This document shows, piece after piece, positions 58,940-64,000 of a stretch of 64,000 bases of DNA. Within the stretch, counting starts at the first letter, position 1. Every line of letters starts with the position of its first letter. The notes beneath the pieces are model-generated. The model was given only the letters and a program-made list of their open reading frames with translations, ran no database searches and was not told the DNA's origin. The position numbers and the translations under genes were made by a program. This DNA comes from Frankiales bacterium (GTDB lineage: Bacteria > Actinomycetota > Actinomycetes > Mycobacteriales > SCTD01), in assembly GCA_025966135.1 (NCBI GenBank), contig JAOPVP010000043.1, positions 18,904 to 82,903 of the forward strand, read 5' to 3'.

Positions 58940-58991
58940 CGTGCTCCCGAGGGAAGCGCCGCTCCCACCCGCGACCTCGTCCGGTCGCGCA

Positions 58992-59069
58992 TCGATGCAC
59001 GCGAGCCACGGCGTGTCGCACGCCGATGCACGAGAGCGCCGCGGCAACCTCCCAGCTCTCGTGCATCGG
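58992..59069 (+). other. Three-part element: two direct copies of a 15-mer and one inverted copy (mutually exclusive hairpins)
   Basis: TCGATGCACGCGAGC (58992-59006), CCGATGCACGAGAGC (59023-59037), GCTCTCGTGCATCGG (59055-59069). The latter two form a perfect 15-bp stem. Confidence 0.6.
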
Positions 59070-59153
59070 TGCGCGGAAGGGGGCGCTGGCCGAGCGAGCA
59101 CACACAGGAACCTCCTCGTTGACCGCGACCCGGGGAGGGCGCACGCTCCGGGC

Positions 59154-59438
59154 ATGAATGTCATCCCGCTGGCGACGCCAGGACGCTGGATCCACGACAC
59201 GCGGGGCCCGGAGCGGGCACTGCGCGTCTCGGCGCACCCGGCTGCCGGTTTCCTGGTGCTGAGCACCTGGCGGGACGGCGCGTGCGTCGGCACCGTGCGC
59301 GTGAGGCCTGCCGAGGCAGCGGAGCTGGTGTCGGGCCTGGTGCACGGACTGGCAGACCTTGCCGAGCACGGGGACGTCGCCGAGCAGATCGGCCCCGGCG
59401 CGGCGACGGCGGCGACCGTCGAGCTTCCACCGGTCTAG
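59154..59438 (+). CDS. Small hypothetical protein (94 aa)
   Basis: ATG preceded by GGGGAGGG; plausible globular sequence; no family recognised. The longer ORF from 58758 spans the hairpin region and is discounted. Confidence 0.4.
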   Translation: MNVIPLATPGRWIHDTRGPERALRVSAHPAAGFLVLSTWRDGACVGTVRVRPAEAAELVSGLVHGLADLAEHGDVAEQIGPGAATAATVELPPV

Positions 59439-59517
59439 CCCGCGCGAACGGTCAGACTCACCGGGCAGGAATCTCCCGTGAGGTGGCGAATCAGGCAGCA
59501 CGCCCTGCCCCTCGCCC

Positions 59518-62169
59518 TTGCCGGAGACTGCGTTGACCCGACGGCCCATGGCCCTGCTCGCTGTTGCTGCTGTGCTCGGGGGCGTTGGCCTTCTCCAGGC
59601 CAGCGCCTCCACGCCGCCGAGCGCCACCCTCACGACGCCCTCACAGCCGGGCGCGGTGACCGCTAAGTGGACCGGGACCATCCCTGTGGGCAGCAACCCG
59701 CAGAGCACCTGCGCCACCCCCGGCACCGACGACCAGCACGCCCTCAAGGTCGTGGTGCCGAGCGGCGCGAGCCGCTTGGTACGTCGGCTCGCGATCGCGA
59801 TCACCTGGACGCCGACCGGCACCGAGACCGTGCACGACGAGGTCCTGACCGTGCTCGGCCCGGACGGCAAGGATGCCGGTGACTCTGACGGCGGTTCGAC
59901 GACGGAGACGGTGGTGCTCAACAACCCCAAGGTGGGCACCTACACCGCCATCGCGTGCGGCTACGCCAACATCTCGCCTCAGACCTACACGGGTACGGCG
60001 ACGCTGTCGGCCGCCGCACCGGCGGCACAGCGCTCCCTGCCCACGGTCGACCAGGGCCTCGGTTTCGGGCCGAGCACGCCCAGCGACGTGCAGCGCGACA
60101 TCGGTGAGCCGGCGGTCACCACCGACCGCGCCGGCAATATCTACACCTGCGGGCCGTCGGGCTTCAGCAACGTGGCTGACTACGCCAACGTCTCGACGGA
60201 CGGCGGCGACCAGTTCCACCTGCTCGGCCAGCCGCCGCGCGGGCAGATCTCCGGAGGTGAGGGTGGCGGTGACTGCGCGCTCGCGACGGCGGTGACCAAG
60301 AACTCCCAGGGCAAGTACGCGCTTGCCTACGCCGGTCTCGGCCCGTTGACCAACTTCTCGACGGCGACCTCGGCGGACACCGGCCGCACCCTCTCGGTCA
60401 GCCCGGTCAGCGAGTCGGTGCCAGGCGTAGACCGGCAGTGGATCGCCTTCCTCGACGACAAGACCGCGTTCTTCACCTACAACCAGCAGGCGCTCAACAA
60501 GGTCGTGCAGAAGTCGACCGATGGTGGCCTGACCTACGACACCCCCGGAGTCCAGGCGGCCGACGAGGCCGGCCGGATCGGCCAGATCCGCGCCTTCACC
60601 CCGCCGGGCAAGCAGACCGCGACCCAGGGCGTCGTCTACTTCCCGTACAGCAGCGGCACCAAGGTCAAGCTGGCCGTGAGCCGGGACAGCGGGAAGAGCT
60701 TCACCACGTGCACCCTCGCCGACGCCCATGTCAGCCCCGACGCGGGCTTCGTCGGAGCCGACAACGACGACGCGGGCAACATCTACGCCGTCTGGGCCGA
60801 GTCAGGCGGCGGCCACGACAGCTACCTCGTGACGCTCCCGGTCAACCGCTTCAGCAGTTGCGCGGCTGGCAAGCAGGCCATGACGAGCAAACCGCTGCTG
60901 CTCAACCGGGAGGGGATCGACACCGTCGTGATGCCCTGGGTGGCGGCCAGCGGCGCCCCTGGCCGGGTGGCGGTCGCCTTCTACGGGACCCGCTCGGTGG
61001 GCGACCCGAACCAGAGCACCTTCAAGGGCAGCTGGAACGTCTTCGTGACGCAGAGCACCGATGCGCTCTCGGCAACGCCGCACTTCGACCAGGTGCAAGC
61101 GACCACGCACCCGTTCCACTACGACTCGATCTGCCTCAACGGCTTGGGCTGCGACCTCTCCGGAGGCGACCGCAGCCTCGTCGACTACTTCACGATGGAG
61201 TACAACCGGGGCTCGGGGAAGCTCAACATCGTCTACAGCAACGCCGCCAAGAAGCCCGGTGACGCCGCCGGGTACGTCTCACAACCCACGGTTGTCGTGC
61301 AGACCAGTGGCCCCAGCAACGGCGGCGGGGTCGTCCACAGCAGCCGCAAGGTCCTCGCCACCGGCAGCACCGACCCGGCGGGTGATGCCCTCTCGCAGTA
61401 CTCCGCCATCGGGACCCGGACCCAGCCGTCGGTGAACTCCGCGGCCCTCGACATCCGGTCGGTCGACGTCACGCCATCGCAGACGGACTTCACCGTCCGG
61501 CTGAAGCTGTCGGACCTGTCGGCAACCGCCCTGCAGCAGGCCCTGCAGGATAACGCGCCGGCCAGCAGCCTGGCATGGATCTTCCGTTGGGTGGACGGCT
61601 ACCAGCCGGTCGCGGTGTCGATGCACTGGAACCCGGCCGAGGGCTTCCGCGGGGGCTTCGACGGCTACCTCACGGACCGGACCGCGGGCGGCACCATCCA
61701 GAAGTACCCCGGTTCGGTCTCCCTCCCGGACCCGATCAAGGTCTCGCAGAGCGACGGGACGATCACCTTCCGCGTGCCGAACAGCCTGCTCCACAGCCTG
61801 GTCGGCCCGCAGGGCGACGGGCAGCGCCCGCAGCTCGAGAAGGCCGTGCCCGGAACCCGGTTCTACGACGGCTACGCCGGGTCGTTCGCCGACCTCACGA
61901 CGAGCGTCGCGGTCGGGACGACCACCAGCACCGAGTCCTACCTGTACCCCGCCGACAACGCCCCGACGTTCGACTTCACCTTGCTCCCGCGCACGGTGAC
62001 CCCGGAGCAGACCCGGGGCGCGTCAGCGGCAGCGCTCACCTTCGAACCCAGGACCGGGGGCGTCGGGGGCAGCCTGGCGGCAACCGGACTCGAGACGACC
62101 CTGCCGTGGCTCGCAGCGCTGGCCCTCGCCATGCTCTTCGTCCTGCGGCGGCAGGTGGTCCGAGCTTAG
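59518..62169 (+). CDS. Cell-wall-anchored BNR/Asp-box (sialidase-like beta-propeller) protein with LAxTG sortase signal
   Basis: Signal peptide. Asp-box repeats STDGGDQF, STDGGLTY and SRDSGKSF. C-terminal SLAATG + hydrophobic span + RRQVVRA. Confidence 0.8.
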   Translation: MPETALTRRPMALLAVAAVLGGVGLLQASASTPPSATLTTPSQPGAVTAKWTGTIPVGSNPQSTCATPGTDDQHALKVVVPSGASRLVRRLAIAITWTPTGTETVHDEVLTVLGPDGKDAGDSDGGSTTETVVLNNPKVGTYTAIACGYANISPQTYTGTATLSAAAPAAQRSLPTVDQGLGFGPSTPSDVQRDIGEPAVTTDRAGNIYTCGPSGFSNVADYANVSTDGGDQFHLLGQPPRGQISGGEGGGDCALATAVTKNSQGKYALAYAGLGPLTNFSTATSADTGRTLSVSPVSESVPGVDRQWIAFLDDKTAFFTYNQQALNKVVQKSTDGGLTYDTPGVQAADEAGRIGQIRAFTPPGKQTATQGVVYFPYSSGTKVKLAVSRDSGKSFTTCTLADAHVSPDAGFVGADNDDAGNIYAVWAESGGGHDSYLVTLPVNRFSSCAAGKQAMTSKPLLLNREGIDTVVMPWVAASGAPGRVAVAFYGTRSVGDPNQSTFKGSWNVFVTQSTDALSATPHFDQVQATTHPFHYDSICLNGLGCDLSGGDRSLVDYFTMEYNRGSGKLNIVYSNAAKKPGDAAGYVSQPTVVVQTSGPSNGGGVVHSSRKVLATGSTDPAGDALSQYSAIGTRTQPSVNSAALDIRSVDVTPSQTDFTVRLKLSDLSATALQQALQDNAPASSLAWIFRWVDGYQPVAVSMHWNPAEGFRGGFDGYLTDRTAGGTIQKYPGSVSLPDPIKVSQSDGTITFRVPNSLLHSLVGPQGDGQRPQLEKAVPGTRFYDGYAGSFADLTTSVAVGTTTSTESYLYPADNAPTFDFTLLPRTVTPEQTRGASAAALTFEPRTGGVGGSLAATGLETTLPWLAALALAMLFVLRRQVVRA

Positions 62170-62933
62170 AGGCGTCGCAGGTCGTGGGGCAGTTGTGAGG
62201 CCGCGGCCTCGTCGAGCAGCCAGAGGGTCTGCTGACGTCCGATGGCTCCGGCAGCAGGTACCTGGACCCTGCCGGCACCTGAGAGGGCGAGGGCGACAGC
62301 CCGCGCCTTGTCCTGGCCCGTCACCAGTAACCACACCGCCCGCGCGGCCTGGATGGCCGAGAAGCCCATCGTGATGCGGGCCGGGGGTGGTTTGGGACAC
62401 CCGTGCACGCCGATCACTGTCCGCTCGTCGTAGGCCGCGGGCGACTCGGGGAAAATCGAGGCGATGTGGCCCTCCGGACCCATCCCCAGCATCAGGACGT
62501 CGAAGGAGGGGACAGCGGCAGTGCCGGGCCCGGCGCCCGCGAGCTCGCGGGCATAGCGGGCTGCGGCAGCGTCGACGTCGTCGCCGTCTGGGCCGCCGAG
62601 GGCGCCCATGGGGTGGACGCGGGCCGGTTCGAGGTCGACGGCATCCAGCAGGGCCTGGCGTGCTTGCAGCTCGTTGCGGTCAGGGCTGTCCGCCGGCACG
62701 AAGCGCTCGTCGCCCCACCAGACGTCGACGCGCCGCCAGTTGATCGCCGGTCGGGCGGGGGAGTCTCGCAAGGCCTCCAGCGAGGCGATGCCGATGCGAC
62801 CTCCGGTCAGGACGAGCGACGCCACGCCGCCGTAGGCCTGCGCGTCCACGACCGCCGTCACGAGCCTGGCTGCGACAGCGTTCGCCAGGACGGTGGGGTC
62901 GCGGTGGACGACGACCGTCGGTGTGCTGCTCAC
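62166..62933 (-). CDS. pgl: 6-phosphogluconolactonase
   Basis: LVLTGGRIG and VDVWWGDERFVP; position after opcA. Confidence 0.9.
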   Translation of the reverse strand: MSSTPTVVVHRDPTVLANAVAARLVTAVVDAQAYGGVASLVLTGGRIGIASLEALRDSPARPAINWRRVDVWWGDERFVPADSPDRNELQARQALLDAVDLEPARVHPMGALGGPDGDDVDAAAARYARELAGAGPGTAAVPSFDVLMLGMGPEGHIASIFPESPAAYDERTVIGVHGCPKPPPARITMGFSAIQAARAVWLLVTGQDKARAVALALSGAGRVQVPAAGAIGRQQTLWLLDEAAASQLPHDLRRL

Positions 62934-63922
62934 GTGGTGGTCAGCGCCGGGTCTGGGTCCGCATCGAGCGCCGGGTCCTGCCAGATGTGCGCCCGGTTCG
63001 GAGGACGCAGTGACAGCCCGCTGGTACCGGTCGTGGCCTCCAAGGCCTCGGCGAAGGTCTCATCCGCGTCAAGGCGGCGGAGCTCCTCGGCGAGCAGGTC
63101 CCCGAGCTCACGGCGCGGCAACGGCATCGCTCGGTCCGGGTGGCCGGTACGGGAGAGCGTCGCGGTGCGCCCATCACTGCGGGTGATGGTGACCGTGTCG
63201 GCTCCGACCTGCATCTCCACGCCGGTCACGCCGGGGCCACGGGTGTCCTCGAGTGCCACGTTGACACCGAGCCGGCTCTTCAGCCAGCCCGCGAGCAGCG
63301 CGCGGCTCGGGTTGTTCGGCTCCCCGCTCACCGTCAGCGTGTGCACGGGGCCGTGCAGCGAGTCGAACGCCGAGGCGCACAGGCCGCGCCAGAGCGTGGT
63401 GCGGGTCCACGCCAGGTCGGTGTCGCCGGGTGCGTAGTCGTCGGCGCGACGGCCCAGGGACGCGATCGGGTCCGCCCCGGCCATGGTGTCGGTGATACGG
63501 CGACCGGCGATGACACCCAGCGGGTCGTGCGCGATCAGGTGCGGCGGGTCGCCGAACCACCACGTGACGACCGGGGCGTCCGGTGCCAGCAACGGGAGCA
63601 CGACCGACTCGGCGTGCAGGGCGAGCCGACCGTACATCCGCATGACGATGGCCTCGCCCGGACCGAGGCGGCCGCCGACGGACACCTCGGCGTCCAGGCG
63701 GGGTTCGGGGGAGTCAGGGCGTCGCCGTACGACGACGAGCAGCCGGCAGGGGTGCTGGGCGGCGGCGTGCGTGGCCGCCTGCTCGGCCTCGGTGACGAGG
63801 CGCTCGTCCACGACGGCGACCAGCGTCAGTGCCAGCCCCGACGAGACCGAGCCCGCCTGCCTACGCTCGGCCGCCAGTGCCTTGATGACCGCCGAGCCCG
63901 ACGTGTCCCACAGTGCCGTCAT
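62930..63922 (-). CDS. opcA: Glucose-6-phosphate dehydrogenase assembly protein OpcA
   Basis: Length, zwf-opcA-pgl order, ATGA-type overlap with pgl, and N-terminal IEKAL-like pattern (VIKALAAERR...LTLVAVVDE). Confidence 0.88.
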   Translation of the reverse strand: MTALWDTSGSAVIKALAAERRQAGSVSSGLALTLVAVVDERLVTEAEQAATHAAAQHPCRLLVVVRRRPDSPEPRLDAEVSVGGRLGPGEAIVMRMYGRLALHAESVVLPLLAPDAPVVTWWFGDPPHLIAHDPLGVIAGRRITDTMAGADPIASLGRRADDYAPGDTDLAWTRTTLWRGLCASAFDSLHGPVHTLTVSGEPNNPSRALLAGWLKSRLGVNVALEDTRGPGVTGVEMQVGADTVTITRSDGRTATLSRTGHPDRAMPLPRRELGDLLAEELRRLDADETFAEALEATTGTSGLSLRPPNRAHIWQDPALDADPDPALTTT

Positions 63923-63947
63923 CTGCGCGCCTCCGACGCCACCGACC

Positions 63948-64000
63948 TCATGGTCGCCTCCAGGTCCGTCCGTCGCGGGCCAGCATCTCGTCGGCGCCCC
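63948..64000 (-). CDS. zwf: Glucose-6-phosphate dehydrogenase, C-terminal 17 codons only (truncated by the window edge)
   Basis: Reverse translation reads GADEMLARDGRTWRRP-stop, the usual actinobacterial Zwf C-terminus; 25 nt upstream of opcA. Confidence 0.7.
   Translation of the reverse strand, partial: GADEMLARDGRTWRRP

Noticed and set aside
58908-58975. The C-rich hairpin region after rbpA as a 6C-type small RNA
   Set aside because: Only one convincing stem-loop with a C-rich loop is present, and the second predicted stem does not pair well. It is more simply the rbpA terminator.

Overview
High-GC (about 70%) actinobacterial chromosomal DNA with no rRNA, tRNA, CRISPR, transposase or integrase that I could find. 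Function calls come from reading the supplied translations for family motifs, not from any search. Many starts were moved inward from the longest ORF to sites with a signal peptide, a Shine-Dalgarno sequence or ATGA/GTGA-type coupling to the upstream gene. The window has two parts.

(1) About 1-31.7 kb (possibly to 35.7 kb) is a large Wzx/Wzy-type cell-envelope glycan locus. It holds:
- two Wzy/O-antigen-ligase-like membrane proteins, a Wzx flippase and a kinase-less Wzz protein
- three GT4, one GT2 and one CgeB-like glycosyltransferase
- a nucleotide-sugar 6-dehydrogenase and an SDR epimerase
- an AsnB-type amidotransferase, a NodB deacetylase, a PAP2 phosphatase and a FemAB-like transferase
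- an ATP-grasp ligase and a metallophosphoesterase
- two coupled LuxR regulators with degenerate receiver domains
- five secreted glycan-cleaving-type proteins: two ConA-like/polysaccharide-lyase-like, and three tandem beta-helix paralogs

The most unusual element is a tightly coupled four-gene cassette at 27920-31692: acyl-CoA-dehydrogenase-like flavoprotein, stand-alone adenylation enzyme, carrier protein, GNAT-like transferase. Its gene order and hand-derived specificity code (DLLYLALVCK) resemble the L-proline to pyrrolyl-2-carboxyl-S-carrier-protein triads of natural-product pathways, yet it sits in a polysaccharide locus. I propose a carrier-protein-dependent pyrrolyl (or dehydro-aminoacyl) decoration of a glycan.

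(2) About 35.7-64 kb is conserved actinobacterial core:
- TerC behind a probable Mn2+ (yybP-ykoY) riboswitch, and an MBL hydrolase
- uvrA with a RecA-NDp-like promoter
- an L,D-transpeptidase and an SsgA-like protein
- uvrC-rapZ-yvcK-whiA and gap-pgk-tpiA
- a five-gene peptide ABC operon inserted before secG
- rbpA and an LAxTG-anchored BNR protein
- pgl-opcA-zwf (zwf partial)

Other observations include a strictly spaced upstream motif shared by three secreted-enzyme genes, a 15-bp x 6 tandem repeat, and apparent gene-conversion tracts among the beta-helix paralogs.
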